A stretch of DNA of 64,000 nt from Eledone cirrhosa (GCA_964016885.1 OZ024764.1:5704001-5768000); one strand, 5' to 3'. Positions 1 to 13,230 are shown, numbered from the stretch's first letter. The notes: a model not told the origin generated them from the sequence alone. Translations and numbers: made by a program.

Positions 1-1010
1 GTGAGGATTGGATTAGCAAAGTGATGTCAACTTAGGAGTCAGTAGAGGCCCAAGAAGACACTGGTATGGCCATGTTGAGTGTAGTGAGGATTGGATTAGC
101 AAAGTGATGTCAACCCAGGAGTCAGTAGAGGCCCAAGAAGACACTGGTATGGCCATGTTGAGTGTAGTGAGGATTGGATTAGCAAAGTGATGTCAATCCA
201 AGTAATTAGAGGCCCAAGAAGACACTGGTATGGCCATGTTGAGTGTAGTGAGGATTGGATTAGCAAAGTGATGTCAACTCAGGAGTCAGTAGAGGCCCAA
301 GAAGACACTGGTATAGCCATGTTGAGTGTAGTGAGGGCTGGATTAGCAAAGTGATGTCAACCCAAGTAATTAAAGGCCCAAGAAGACACTGGTATGGCCA
401 TGTTGAGTGTAGTGAGGGCTGGATTAGCAAAGTGATGTCAATCCAAGTAGTTAGAGGCCCAAGAAGACACTGGTATGGCCATGTTGAGTGTAGTGATGGC
501 TGGATTAGCAAAGTGATGTCAACCCAAGAGTCAGTAGAGGCCCATGAAGACACTGGTATGGCCATGTTGAGCACAGTGAGGATTGGATTAGCAAAGTGAT
601 GTCAACCCAAGAGTCAGTAGAGGCCCAAGAAGACACTGGTATGGCCATGTTGAGTGTAGTGAGGATTGGATTAGCAAAGTGATGTCAACCCAAGAGTCAG
701 TAGAGGCCCAAGAAGACACTGGTATGGCCATGTTGAGCACAGTGAGGATTGGATTAGCTAAGTGATGTCAACCCAAGAGTCAGTAGAGGCCCAAGAAGAC
801 ACTGGTATGGCCATGTTGAGCACAGTGAGGGCTGGATTAGCAAAGTGATGTCAACCCAAGAGTCAGTAGAGGCCCAAGAAGACACTGGTATGGCCATGTT
901 GAGTGTAGTGAGGGCTGGATTAGCAAAGTGATGTCAATCTAGGAATCAGTAGAGGCCCAAGAAGACACTGGTTTGGCCATGTTGAGTGTAGTGAGGGCTG
1001 GATTAGCAAA
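1..1010. repeat. 83-bp minisatellite (~12 units, runs off window start) derived from an RTE-LINE ORF2 3' segment
   Basis: gtgaggattggattagc recurs at 1, 84, 167. The + frame reads RRHWYGHVECSEGWISKVM, like the RTE C-terminal RLRWYGHV motif, and is followed by a degenerate RTE-like tail at about 1010-1200. Confidence 0.9.
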
Positions 1011-1276
1011 ATGATGAATGTCGATTCAGGAGGCAGCAGAGGCCCAGGAAGAGGCTGGTAGGACTTGGATGGAGGATGTCCATCAAGTTCAAGCTAGGCT
1101 TGGCCTGGCCCAAGTGAGACTGGTGGCCAGAAACGCATGGAGTGGGACACTAAGGGGATCTGTCTGGCAGGACCCTCTTCTACTTAGGGATTAATTGGGT
1201 CCTTCATAATGAACAACTGGATGACGATAGAGTGCATAGCTAGATCAGAGAGTCTTTTCATGTAGAACCACTACAA

Positions 1277-2240
1277 ATTGAGAGATTACAGCTCTGATAC
1301 TAAAGACATGTGGTTAGAATGTCTCAGGAAAGAATCTCTGAATTGAGAGATCACAGCTCTGATACTACAGACATGTGGTTAGAATGTCTCAGGAAAGAAT
1401 CTCTGAATTGAGAGATCACAGCTCTGATACTACAGACATGTGGTTAGAATGTCTCAGGAAAGAATCTCTGAATTGAGAGATCACAGCTCTGATACTACAG
1501 ACATGTGGTTAGAATGTCTCAGGAAAGATTCTCTGAGTTGAGAGATCACAGCTCTGATTCTACAGACATGTGGTTAGAATGTCTCAGGAAAGAATCACTG
1601 AATTGAGAGATCACAGCTCTGATACTACAGACATGGGGTTAGAATGTCTGAGGAAAGAATCTCTAGATTGAGAGATCACAGCTCTGATACTACAGACATG
1701 TGGTTAGAATGTCTGAGGAAAGAATCTCTGAATTGAGAGATCACAGCTCTGATACTACAGACATGTGGTTAGAATGTCTGAGGAAAGAATCTCTGAGTTG
1801 AGAGATCACAGCTCTGATTCTACAGACATGTGGTTAGAATGTCTCAGGAAAGAATCACTGAATTGAGAGATCACAGCTCTGATACTACAGACATGGGGTT
1901 AGAATGTCTGAGGAAAGAATCTCTAGATTGAGAGATCACAGCTCTGATACTACAGACATATGGTTAGAATGTCTGAGGAAAGAATCTCTGAATTGAGAGA
2001 TCACAGCTCTGATACTACAGACATGCGGTTAGAATGTCTCAGGATAGAATCTCTGAACTGAGAGATCACAGCTCTGATACTACAGACATGTGGTTAGAAT
2101 GTCTGAGGAAAGAATCTCTGAATTGAGAGATCACAGCTCTGATACTACAGACATGTGGTTAGAATGTCTCAGGAAAGAACCTCTGAATTGAAAGATCACA
2201 GCTCTGATACTACAGACATGTGGTTAGAATGTCTCAGGAA
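1277..2240. repeat. 65-bp minisatellite (~15 units) inside an RTE-LINE 3' remnant
   Basis: Period 65 (aattgagaga at 1341 and 1406). The unit reads IERSQL*YYRHVVRMSQERIS, similar to RTE LRWYGHVxRM. An RTE-like 3' flank follows at 2280-2470. Confidence 0.9.
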
Positions 2241-2749
2241 AAAGGGAAGAAAAAGAAAATCACTAGACAGAATTTACCAACTGACAGAAGACGCAGGGGT
2301 GGATCCCAAACAAAATGGTTGGGTAGCATCCATGATCTTGGCTAGTCTCGCTTGGGGATCCAGTCAGATCAATTGGTGACAGTTGCTTCTGATAAGACCC
2401 AGTGGAAGATATGCTTGAAGTGTCTACTCCCACAACCCTCACAAGCTTAAGTGGGTAAATGGCTATATCCAGCAATGAAAAGAAGTTTTTTGGAGTGATT
2501 AGTCATCAATAAATAAGAAGCTATTTAGTAGCTGGTCGTGACTGATATATAAATAAAAGGGAAAGAGTGGTATGTGTATGTGTGTTATTAACAATGAAAG
2601 CCAGGTTGTGTCAACTGAAAAGGTTAGGCTGACAAAATTTAAGACACAGTTATATGTATTATAGTAAACATGATAACTATAGGTGTAACATTATATGTAG
2701 GGCTGGAGTGACAATGTTATATATTATAGACTGCCCGTGTGCTTTTAGT

Positions 2750-2985
2750 CACAGTTATAGTATATATACAGAAGGGGTTATAGTATACATATATAGAGGG
2801 GGTTATAGTATATATAGAGAGGGGGTTATGATATATATATATATATAGAGGGGGGTTATAGTATATATAGAGAGGAGGGTTATAGTATATATATGTATAG
2901 AGGGGGTTATAGTATATATAGAGAGGAGGGTTATAGTATATATATATAGAGGGGGTTATAGTATATATATAGAGGGGGGTTATAG

Positions 2986-3022
<37 letters not shown>

Positions 3023-3086
3023 GGTTATAGTATATATATAGAGAGGGTTATAGTATATATATATATATATATAGAGGGGGGTTATA

Positions 3087-3120
<34 letters not shown>

Positions 3121-3230
3121 GGTTGTGGAAAACGGACGTTAAACGGTGATGATGATGATGATGATATATAGATGGGGTTATAGTATATATAGAGGTGTTA
3201 TAGTATATATAGAGGGGGTTATAGTATATT
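2750..3230. repeat. Compound GGGGTTATAG-(TA)n micro/minisatellite
   Basis: Repeated gggggttatagtatatata motif with variable TA runs. Confidence 0.85.
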
Positions 3231-3594
3231 ACTGTTTTACTGATTGTGTTTTGCTCTAATCTACTACAAACCCTTCATAGATTGACAGGAGATGTGCAGT
3301 GTATTACCAAGTGGCTACCGTGGCTGGCAATAGTCCTCATTGGTAACTAGTGGTATGATGGTTGGTGGTAGTTTCTATATGATTGTTACTGGCTGTTTTT
3401 GGTGTTTAAATACAAAAGTGTGTTTTAATGAGTTTATATGTACTTAAAGCATGTAGGAGAGGTATTTTAAGGCTTAAACTATGAAAACAATGGTTGTCTT
3501 TAGGGTCTCTCTATATTGCAGATTTTCATTTATTGCGGTTGGTTCTGGAACATAACCCCCCCGCGATAAACAGGGCATTACTGTATATATATAA

Positions 3595-4725
3595 CTGTGG
3601 ATGTCTGTGTTTGTGTGAGTTTGAATCCCTAAAACTCGAGAACCACCCAACCAACTGTTTTCAAACTTTACACATGTAACACGTTTTAGGGAATGTTCTG
3701 AGCAAAAACAATTTCAAATTTTCAATGCCCTAGGGACCGCATTAGGCGATTTAGCGATCTCTCTCTATAATTCTTAGTCTTTCTCTTTTTAGATAGATAC
3801 ACATATAACGTCGCGCCCTTATAATATCTGTCTGTATGTCTGACTGTCTGCGTGTGTGGGAGTTTGAATCCCTAAAACTCGAGAAGTACCCAACCGACTT
3901 TTTTCAAACTTTACATGTGTATTACTTATGTTTCAGGGGAGTGTTATGCACATGAAAAAATTCAACTTTTTTATCCCCGAGGGCCCGCATTAGTTGAAAA
4001 TGTGCGTTTTTTCAGGTTTTTAGGGGCTTTTTTAGTCGTTGCGTCAGGCCGATTTCCTTGAAATTGTAACTATGTATTAGTCAGTCTCTTCTTCATACCC
4101 TGAGCAAAGAAAATCCAACTTTTTTATGGTCTAGGGCCCACATTAGGTGAAAAACTTAATTTTTTCAGCTTTTTAGGGCTTTTTTGAGGTGTTACGTCTA
4201 GCCGATTTTCCCAAAATTTCAAGGCATATTATGCACATAAAACAAATTCATTTTCTTGATCCCCTACGGCCCGCATTAGGTGAAAGCCTGCATTTTTTCC
4301 TGCTTCATCGAGGAAAATCTTAGATTATCCAGCCATCAGAGTATTCGGTTTATTTTCTTTACATATTGTCCAGGCATGCAGTTTTTCCATGATTAGGTCT
4401 GTTGGTGACCCGCGTTCCAAAATACCTTATCCCGTGCAATGCCGGGTACCACTGCCAGTATATAAATAAATGGGGGATTACTTTGTATATATATAGCTAT
4501 TGGCTATTTATAAAGGTACCCGGAAAAACCCCGTATCTTGGGAAGCCATGCTCCGATTTACGCGAAACTTGTTTTATCCCATTTGTATTCCCATTTCAGG
4601 GGCAACTTCCTTTCAAAGTATTTTCCCATTATGCTCCCTTTTGGTTGTATTACATTACAGACAAGCAAGCAATCACAGAGTTTTAGTAGTATACTAGCAG
4701 TATATCCCGGCATTGCACGGGTAAA
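3595..4725. mobile_element. Putative non-autonomous Helitron/Helentron-like remnants
   Basis: Internal direct repeats (gagtttgaatccctaaaactcgagaa x2; ggcccgcattag-like x4). GC hairpin-like end cccgtgcaatgccggg...ccagta at ~4431-4460 and its inverse actagcag...cccggcattgcacggg at ~4693-4721 resemble Helitron hairpin+CTAG termini. Confidence 0.4.
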
Positions 4726-4786
4726 AACATTGGTCATAGCACCTCCAATGAGAAACATATATTTGTGAGTGCCTGTTAAAAACTCA

Positions 4787-5880
4787 GGGGTTACATTACA
4801 GGGGGGGGGGGGGGGGGGCTGGACAGTGTTATATATAATACAGTTTTATAAATATAGGGGTTACATTACATGTGGGGCTGGACAGTAAACATTATAGACA
4901 TGGAGGCTGGACAATGTTATATATATACAGTATTATAAATATAGGGGTTACATTACATGTGGGGCTGGGCAGACAGTGTTATATATAATACAGTTTTATA
5001 AATATAGGGATTACATTACATGTGGGGCTGGACAGTAAACATTATAGACATGGGGGGCTGGAAAGTGTTATATATAATACATTATAGAGGGGTTACATTA
5101 CATGAGGGGCTGGGCAGTGTTATATATAATACAGTATGATAAATATAGCGGTTTCATTACATGTAGAACTGGACAGTAAATATTATAGACATAGGGGTTA
5201 CATTACATGTAGGACTAGACAGTAAACATTATAGAGATAGGGGTTACGTTACATGTGGGGCTGGACAGTAAATATTATTGACATAGGGGTTACATTACAT
5301 GTAGGAGTGGACAGTAAATATTATAGAGATAGGGGTTACATTACATGTAGGGCTGGACATAAAATATTATAGAGATAGGGGTTATATTACATGTGGGGCT
5401 GGACAGTAAATATTATAGAGATAGGGGTTACATTACATGTGGGGCTGGACAGTAAATATTATAGACATAGGGGTTACATTACATGTAGGACTGGACAGTA
5501 AATATTATAGAGATAGGGGTTACATTACATGTGGGGCTGGACAGTAAATATTATAAAGACAGGGGTTACATTACATGTAAAACTGGACAGTAAATATTAT
5601 AGAGATAGGGGTTACATTACATATGGGGCTGGACAATGTTATATATAATACAGTATTATAAATATAGGGGTTACATTACATGTAGGACTGGACAGTAAAT
5701 ATAAATATAGGGGTTACATTACATGTAGGACTGGACAGTAAACATCATAAATATAGGGGTTACATTACATGTAGGAATGGACAGTAAACATCATAAATAT
5801 AGGGGTTACATTACATGTAGGACTGGACAGTAAACATCATAAATATAGGGGTTACATTACATGTAGGAATGGACAATATT
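4787..5880. repeat. ~44-46-bp minisatellite (ggggttacattacatgtaggactggacagtaaatattatagagata)
   Basis: Tandem units visible directly. Confidence 0.9.
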
Positions 5881-6164
5881 ATTTATAATACAGTAAAGGA
5901 GAGTATACATAATAGATTAATTTGATAAAAAGATATGAAATATGGCATTTTAGTTAAATATACCAGGGCGGTGCTCCAGCATGGCCTCAGTCAGGTGGCT
6001 ATAACAGGTAAATTATTAATAACAATACCACTAGATATATAGAAACAAGATTTAAGCTTAAAATGTGTTTTTTAATCATTATAAGGTCTGTTTGAATTAA
6101 ATATAAAATAATTTTACAAAACTTCCAGTACTTTCTTTTTCCTATATTTGTTTAATATTTGTTA

Positions 6165-6276
6165 TGCATGTGTATGTGTATATATATATATACATATATG
6201 TTTGTGTATATATATATATACATGTGTGTGTATATATATATATACATGTGTGTATATATATATATATACATGTGTG

Positions 6277-6325
<49 letters not shown>

Positions 6326-6542
6326 ATATATATACATACACACACATATATGTATGTATGTATATATCATAAATATATATTTTTATATATTATATATACA
6401 TATATATATATATCATAAACATATATTTATATATATTATATATATATATCATAAATATATATTTATATATATTATATATACATATACATATATTATATAC
6501 ACATATATTATGTATATATATTTATATATACATATACATATG

Positions 6543-6574
<32 letters not shown>

Positions 6575-6715
6575 TATGTATATATATACACACAATATAT
6601 ATATCATAAATATATATTATATATATACATATATTATATACATATACATATATATATATCATAAATATCTATGTATACATTTATATATATTAAATATATA
6701 TATCATAAATATCTA

Positions 6716-6765
<50 letters not shown>
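6165..6765. repeat. (TA)n/(TACA)n microsatellite immediately downstream of the ATPase stop codon
   Basis: Direct inspection. Confidence 0.95.
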
Positions 6766-6766
<1 letters not shown>

Positions 6767-6769
<3 letters not shown>

Positions 6770-8044
6770 GCAGAATATTTTACCAATGTTAATTTGCACT
6801 TTGTCAACCCCTTTGTGAAGATCCGACTGGGAAATTCCTCGTAAACTGGGAAGTTTATCTTGTTTGTAATCAACCAGGCTAGTCGTGTTTTCCCCACCTG
6901 TAGCCCCACTCTCGCTGTCAGGTAAACAAGGTGGCGAGTCCTCTTTGTTGTGGCTGGGGTCATCAGAGCAGGACATGGCCTTGTCTATATACTCACTGAC
7001 TCGAACTGAGGAGGCCAGCCTGCAGACTTCGTGAAGGTCACTTCCGGAGAAACCCTCCGTTAATTCGGCAATTTCACAAAGGTCAACATCGGGACCAAGT
7101 TCTTCGTCGCATAGGATTATCTGCAGAATGTGTATCCTCTGCTCGTTATTGGGTGTGCCCACGTATAGTTGACAGGGCATTCGTCGCAATATAGCCTGAT
7201 CGAGGGCTTGTCTGTTGTTCGTCGCACCTATAATGATCACCTGGCTTTTGCTGTCAGTCAAAAGCCCGTCCCAGTAGTTCATGAACTGGGTTTTCATCAT
7301 GCTGGTAGCTTCGTGATCCTGGGTATTTCTGGTGCGTAATAGAGAATCAATCTCATCGATAAATATGATTGTAGGTTGTATTTTACCAGCCAGGTTAAAT
7401 ATAGCAGCCACCCTCTTCTGTGATTCACCGTACCACTTGTCCAGCATGGAAGACAGCTCCACAAATAAGAAATTCGCACCGGACGCCTTTGCAGTAGCTT
7501 TGGCGATCATGGTTTTACCGCAACCTGGGGGACCATATAAGAGGACCCCTCGAGGCGGTTTCATCAGCTTGGAATTGTCAAGTAGATTGAAATTCTTCAA
7601 GGGAAATATCACTGTCTGTTTTAGTTCCTTTTTCACATTATCCAGCCCTCCGATCTGATCCCAGCTGACATCGAAACTGCGAGGATCGACTAAATTAGCG
7701 GCCACGGCTACTTCGTATTCATTGAGGGCATGTTCGTCAATGCCGAGTCGTTTCAGCATTACTTTAGCTCGGACCTGGGCTTTTTTCTTCTCTTCATAGG
7801 TAGGATCCATTTTCTTAAGGATCCAATTGAAGGTCACGTAGACAGCGGCGAACGAGCAGCATGTCGCCACTACTTTAACAAGGATGTATTCGGCCTTAAG
7901 CCCTGTGCTCGCCTCCAGTTTCGAGATCAGTTTGGTAAAGGTTGAGGTGTAAGAATTTCCACCCGATGTCCCCATCAGGGATTTCGTCTTCACATTAGAC
8001 AGGACTGGTACAATCTCTTCCATTTTGCTTAGGACGAATACCAT
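6767..8044 (-). CDS. ATAD1: ATAD1/Msp1 (Thorase)-family membrane-anchored AAA+ ATPase, single coding exon
   Basis: N-terminal hydrophobic helix then [14 protein letters not shown], Walker A GPPGCGKT, pore loop KWYGES, Walker [48 protein letters not shown]. First ATG is at 8042-8044 (the ORF track start at 8056 is TTG). The frame stays open up to a splice-acceptor-like AG at 8121-8122. Confidence 0.92.
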
Positions 8045-8689
8045 GTCGTCAAGCAAGCCGCTGGAGGTGTCTTTTGACTGTTTCTTCTCGTTATATGGCT
8101 GTAATACGTCCCTTGTGAGTCTATTAGGAAGTTAAAGACCAAAACTACTACAAAGGGTTGAACAAACACGAAGACTCTCTTTCTTTCTCCTATATATACC
8201 TCATACTCTTTCTCTATTACCCTCTCTCAACGCTATTACCATATCTACTACCTTCACCCACCTCTCTCTCTCCCGCTCTCTATTACCCTCTCTCAATAAT
8301 GCTATTACTATCTCTACTACTGACACCCTCTGTCTATCACTCATTCCCTCCCTATTCGTTATCAGTTTCTCTAAAACTCCTTCCTCGTCTCTCACTACCT
8401 ATCAACTCTCCTCCATCTTACCGTTCCCCTCTCTCTATTAAACAATACGTTTCTCTCTCTCACTCCCTCTACTCCTCACTATATCTATTCTGACTTCACA
8501 CGTACAAGAGAGCTCCATGATTTACAGGTCAGCTAGAGTTATACACCTTTGTTCGCAATTTATTAGAAAAATATTTTCCATTCCGAGGAGAGGTATTGAG
8601 GACAAAGTATGATTTACTTCCTTTTTCTGAGAATTACACAAAAGGTACACGTGCCTGTGGAATAGTCAGCCATATTCAATATAATGGTT

Positions 8690-9095
8690 TCTTATATAGG
8701 CACAAGGAGGGGAAAGTCGATTAAATCGACCCCAGTGCGTAACTGGTACTTTCGACCCCGTAAGGATGAAAGGTGAAGTTAACCTCGGCGGGATTTGAAC
8801 TCAGACCGTAAAGGGTCGTAACTCTATGCTGCAAAGCATGGTGTCCGGCTCTCTACCGATACTGCCAATCCACCGCCCTGACATACCATATAATTGTTTA
8901 TACATTTGGCACAAGGCCAGCAATTATCTCAGTGTATTACTGGTATACCATATAATTGTTTCTGCTTTTGGCACAAGGCCAGCAATTACCCAGTACATCA
9001 CTGGTACTTTATTTTATCGACCACGTAAGGATGAAGAGCGTGATGGAAAGCATGGCGGCCAACTCTCTATCGATCCTGCCAATTCACCGCCCTAT
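8690..9095 (-). mobile_element. tRNA-derived SINE copies (fragmentary, tandem)
   Basis: Reverse complement contains B-box GAGTTCAAATCC and the central block gcctttcatccttacggggtcgataaa...gtaccag shared with other copies. Confidence 0.75.
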
Positions 9096-9317
9096 GCTGG
9101 TATACGATATAATTCAAGGTTCCAGCCTTGACATATTACGTCATGCAAAATTTCCCTGACAACTATTGTCAAGTGTATCCAATAGATAAGACCGGTTTTA
9201 TTGAGCTCCATTGTTATATATATATTGTTTTGTTGTGTATATATATATATATATATATTGTTTTATATACCTTATTATAGTGTAATCTTCCCCATGCCTT
9301 ATTATACATTATTAATT

Positions 9318-9505
9318 ATTGGTGGATTGGCAGTATCAGTAGAGGGTCGGACGCCATGCTTTCCAGCATAGTTACGTCCCTTTACGATCTGAGTTCAAAT
9401 CCCGCCGAGGTTGACTTTGCCTTTCATCCTTACGGGGTCGATAAAATAAAGTACCAGTAATGTACTGATTAATTGCTGGCCTTGTGCCTAAAGTAGAAAC
9501 AATTA
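9318..9505 (+). mobile_element. tRNA-derived SINE, same family, opposite orientation
   Basis: tggcagtatcagtaga...gagttcaaatcccgccgaggttgactttgcctttcatccttacggggtcgataaaataaagtaccag. Confidence 0.8.
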
Positions 9506-10091
9506 ATTATAGATTATTATTATTACTCTTTTTCCATTTCTAATTACCTCATGTACTTTCTCCTCCGCTATATATATATATATATATATATTGTATGCCC
9601 TTTGTGTTTGTGTAGCCTCTGCACCATACTATCGACGCCACCCCATCTATGGTTCAGCTAACCACTCGACTCCCGGGAATGAATATGACCGCAGCTAGTA
9701 AACAAGGACCCACACCCCACCCTCCCGCACCAAAATTAGACTTATCGTCCCCAACTTTTGCTCTTTACTCTCTTTACTCTTTGTTCTTGAATGTTTGGTT
9801 GGTAGAGTCCATAACACCAATCAAACACCTTTTATAGCTCTGACGAATCCTACGGTTACGTAAGGAAGAAACATTGTAAGCCAATAAAAATCTTTTGATG
9901 TTGTAGACGCTCTTGTGTTCTTTATCATATATTGTTTTATATATATATATATATATATTTTATATATATATATATATTGTTTTATAGATTTCAGTGAAAT
10001 AACAACCCAACCAGGAACTGGGCATATCAGAGTATTGACAATATTATACACCTCAACAACATATGTACTTGTCTATACCATACTAATTCAA

Positions 10092-10146
10092 ACTGCCTGA
10101 AGAGGTCACAGCCAAAGATGGCTGTCACTGAAATATATATAGCAGT
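10092..10146 (+). ncRNA. Minimal type I hammerhead ribozyme
   Basis: Stem I actgc/gcagt; core CTGAAGA 10097-10103; stem II ggtcacagcc/ggctgtcact; GAAA 10130-10133; palindromic tatata; TA cleavage site. An AATAAA follows directly. Confidence 0.8.
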
Positions 10147-10224
10147 AATAAACGAAGCTAAATTTTAAACATTTGACTTTTTATTTAACTTTATTTTATA
10201 TTGTTTTATATATATATATATATA

Positions 10225-10432
10225 TAGGAACGAGTAGGACCCCGACGGCTGAGCTCAAGCCGTTTCGACGGCTAATTCTGGACTAAATGATTTAGTCCAG
10301 AATTAGCCGTCGAAACGGCTTGAGCTCAGCCGTCGGGGTCCTACTCGTTCCTATTACCCACTCTACTACCCTAAGTATTGAGTACTTTGGTGCGTTATGG
10401 TCCACCTGGTTCCTTACCACATTTCCTTCGTT
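10225..10432. mobile_element. Fold-back element in (TA)n: perfect 64-bp-arm palindrome (10225-10353) plus unique tail; Penelope-like remnant
   Basis: Arms are exact reverse complements centred on 10289. The same family occurs inverted at 29953-30143 and truncated at ~32315-32450. Confidence 0.75.
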
Positions 10433-10491
10433 ATATATATATATATATATATATTGTTTTATATATATATATACATATATACATATATATA

Positions 10492-10945
10492 TAGTTGTGT
10501 ATAGTGGTAGCTATGGTACTTCCATAGGAGGTATGCCAAAATTAGCACTCAATATTCCTCAGAGTAGAGTGTGGATATTATCAAGAAAACGAAAAATCAG
10601 TGATGCATCTGGACTTAGTTTATTTCGTGTTACAAATGTTTCGCCAGCATGTAGCTCGAGTCATGGTCCTTGTATGGATCTGGCTGATTCTACTTCTGCG
10701 GATTCTTTCAGACACGTCTGTTATGTCCGGAGCAAATTTTATCACTGGGGTGCTGTCATCAAAACAACCCCTCAAAAAAACCTTCTTTCCACTCTTGTCA
10801 TTCCATTGGCTGTTTTTGCTCCGCGTCATCACAAGTTCTGGTCAATATCTGCTGCCACACAGTTCATCAACTATTTTCCGTCCGACATATTTCAATGGAG
10901 TCATGCTGGGTTCAGTACTTCACACGTCTGCTGACACTTCAGAGT
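10492..10945. mobile_element. Dispersed repeat inserted in (TA)n, related to the fold-back at 23766-24128
   Basis: Shared start tagttgtgtatagtggtagctatgg...tcagtgatgcatctggactt. Confidence 0.7.
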
Positions 10946-11029
10946 AAGCACCCACACATACTAGAATAAACACATAGTAACACACACATATATATACTCA
11001 GACATACACCTATCTATGCATTCACACTC

Positions 11030-12046
11030 GGGCATACGTTAAGACGGGCGTTCTGGAAAGTGAAAGTAAATTTTTTGACAACACTGAATTTGTTTTTTTT
11101 ACAGTGAAAGTTACGATACACACGCAATTGTATGGATTTCTTAATAGATATATATGTGTGTACACTGTGAATTTGTTTGTTTATTTACAACAGGTCTCTA
11201 TAGTGATATGGTGTTAATTAGTATTGCGTGTTGTTTATTTACAACAGGTCTCTATAGTGATATGGTGTTAATTAGTATTGCGTGTTGTTTATTTACAACA
11301 GGTCTCTATAGTGATATGGTGTTAATTAGTATTGCGTGTGTGATTATTTTTTCTTTAGATAGAAACCGCGGAGTGGGGAGACCCAAGATGACTTGGGATG
11401 AGGTGATAAAAGCCGACCTTACCCAACTACACCTCTCAAAGTCAATGACACACGACCGTGACTTCTGGCGTCACGCAGTAATACAGGGTACCCGACCTCC
11501 CATGGGTACATGCTGAAGCATGTAAACAATATGCCCCCACTCCCCCCACCGGAAGGTGGTCGTGGAGGTGCCACGGCAAAAAAGCACCCAGCCCACACTG
11601 TAAAGTGGACGTGTAGGCGCCACGAAAAAGCACCCAGCACTCACTGTAAATGAGGTTGGTGTTAGGAAGGGCATCCAGCTGTAGAAATCAAGCCAGATCA
11701 GTTCCTGTATGAGCAAGGCATGGTCAGCCGACCAGACACTGCCCACAACAGGACAACCCGTCTAACCCATGCTAGCGTGGAAGAACGGACGTAAAACGGT
11801 GATGATGATGATGAGACGTTAAACGATGATGATGACACAAACACATATATATATACAAACAGACATATATATATACATACAGACACATATATATACACAC
11901 CCACACATATATATATATATATTAAGAAATCCATACAATTGCGTGTGTATCGTAACTTTCACTGTAAAAAAACAAAACAAACAAATTCACAGTGTTGTCA
12001 AAAAATTTACATTCACTTTCCGGAACGCCCGTCTTAACGTATGCCC
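11030..12046. repeat. ~115-bp inverted repeat (11030-11144 / 11921-12046) enclosing a 54-bp x3 tandem repeat and an RTE-tail element
   Basis: gggcatacgttaagacgggcgttc...ggatttcttaat is reverse-complementary to attaagaaatcc...cgcccgtcttaacgtatgccc. Confidence 0.85.
11362..11834 (+). mobile_element. RTE 3' fragment joined to a non-autonomous RTE-tail SINE ending in (GAT)n
   Basis: RGVGRPKMTWDEVIKADL; gttaggaagggcatccagc...ggacgtaaaacggtgatgatgat tail. Similar copies at ~13890-14070, 16700-16920, 23125-23740, 37128-37560 and 40775-41460. Confidence 0.75.
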
Positions 12047-12291
12047 ACACTCGTACGTCTACATGCTCAGACACCCACACCGCCACATACATCGCAGTAT
12101 ATATACTCACACACCCTCTCTCCCATGGACCCAGTCACACCCACTTGTTGATACATGCCGTCACGAGCCTTTTCACTGTTCTGTATCAATTGGGTAAGCA
12201 TGTCATATTCAAACGTACACATATATACATACACATGCGCGCCAGCACACATACGGCCAACCTTCTATACATTTAAATATATATATATATA

Positions 12292-13114
12292 TCATCATCA
12301 TCATCATCATTTTACGTCCGCTCTTCCCTGCTTGCAAGGGTGGGACGGGTCTTATTCAGCACAGCATCTCTCCACTCGTCACGGTCCCTCGTCATCTCCA
12401 CCGTGAGCTTCAATGATCTGAGGTCTGTTCTCACCACCTCCGCCCATGTTTTTCGTGGTCTACCTCTACCACGTCTTCCTTCAACTGGCATTTTCTGGCA
12501 CTTCTTCACCCATCGGTCATCCTCCATGCGCATCACATGTCCATACCACCTCAGTCTCCTCTCCCGTACACTACATTCTATCCCTCTCAGACACAGTTTC
12601 TCTCTCAACACATTTATGCTGGGTCGTTCACGCACATTTACACTGCACATCCAACGGAGCATGCTTGCCTCATTTCTCTCCAGCCGTCGCATATCTTCTG
12701 CGGTAGCTGCCCATGTCTCACTACCATGCAGCATCGCGCTCCTCACACAGGCATCATACAACCGGCCTTTCGTACGCAGGGAGAAACCCTTCTTCGTCAA
12801 CAGAGGAAGCAGCTCCCTAAACTTCTTCCAACCCGTCCTTATTCTAGATACTATGGCCTCGGAACACCCTCCTCCCATGCTAATCTGATCTCCTAGGTAC
12901 CGGAAGCTATCCACCACTTCTATAGCGCCCTCTCGCATTTGAAAAATGTGTCTATCAGTGCGACTTCTACTGTCTAATTTCCCTGTACACCTACTGCATA
13001 CATATTTCTCCCTACCTGTTAGTTTGCCTGCTATCCCGCTACATCTCTTGTGTACCCAGGACCTACATTGTGTGCATTTTATAGAATTTATGCCAGTTCC
13101 TTTTCTGCATATCG

Positions 13115-13115
<1 letters not shown>
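12292..13115 (-). mobile_element. 5'-truncated RTE-clade LINE (ORF2 C-terminal part, frame intact) with (GAT)n tail
   Basis: PHD-like CSICRKG..CTQCRSWVHKRC, FRYLGDQI, MLHGSETW, RRLRWYGHVMRM, RGRGRPRKTW. Confidence 0.92.
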
Positions 13116-13151
<36 letters not shown>

Positions 13152-13230
13152 GCATATATACATACACACATACATACATACATATATACGCACATGTGCA
13201 TACACAGATATACATACACACCTAGGATTT

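Noticed and set aside
7332-7945. Plus-strand ORFs overlapping ATAD1
   Set aside because: Antisense shadows with no recognisable motifs.
8045-8056. ORF-track start of the ATPase at 8056
   Set aside because: That codon is TTG; the first ATG is at 8044, or the start lies in an upstream exon.
9385-9405. tRNA-like B-box GAGTTCAAATCC
   Set aside because: Part of a SINE head; no cloverleaf.
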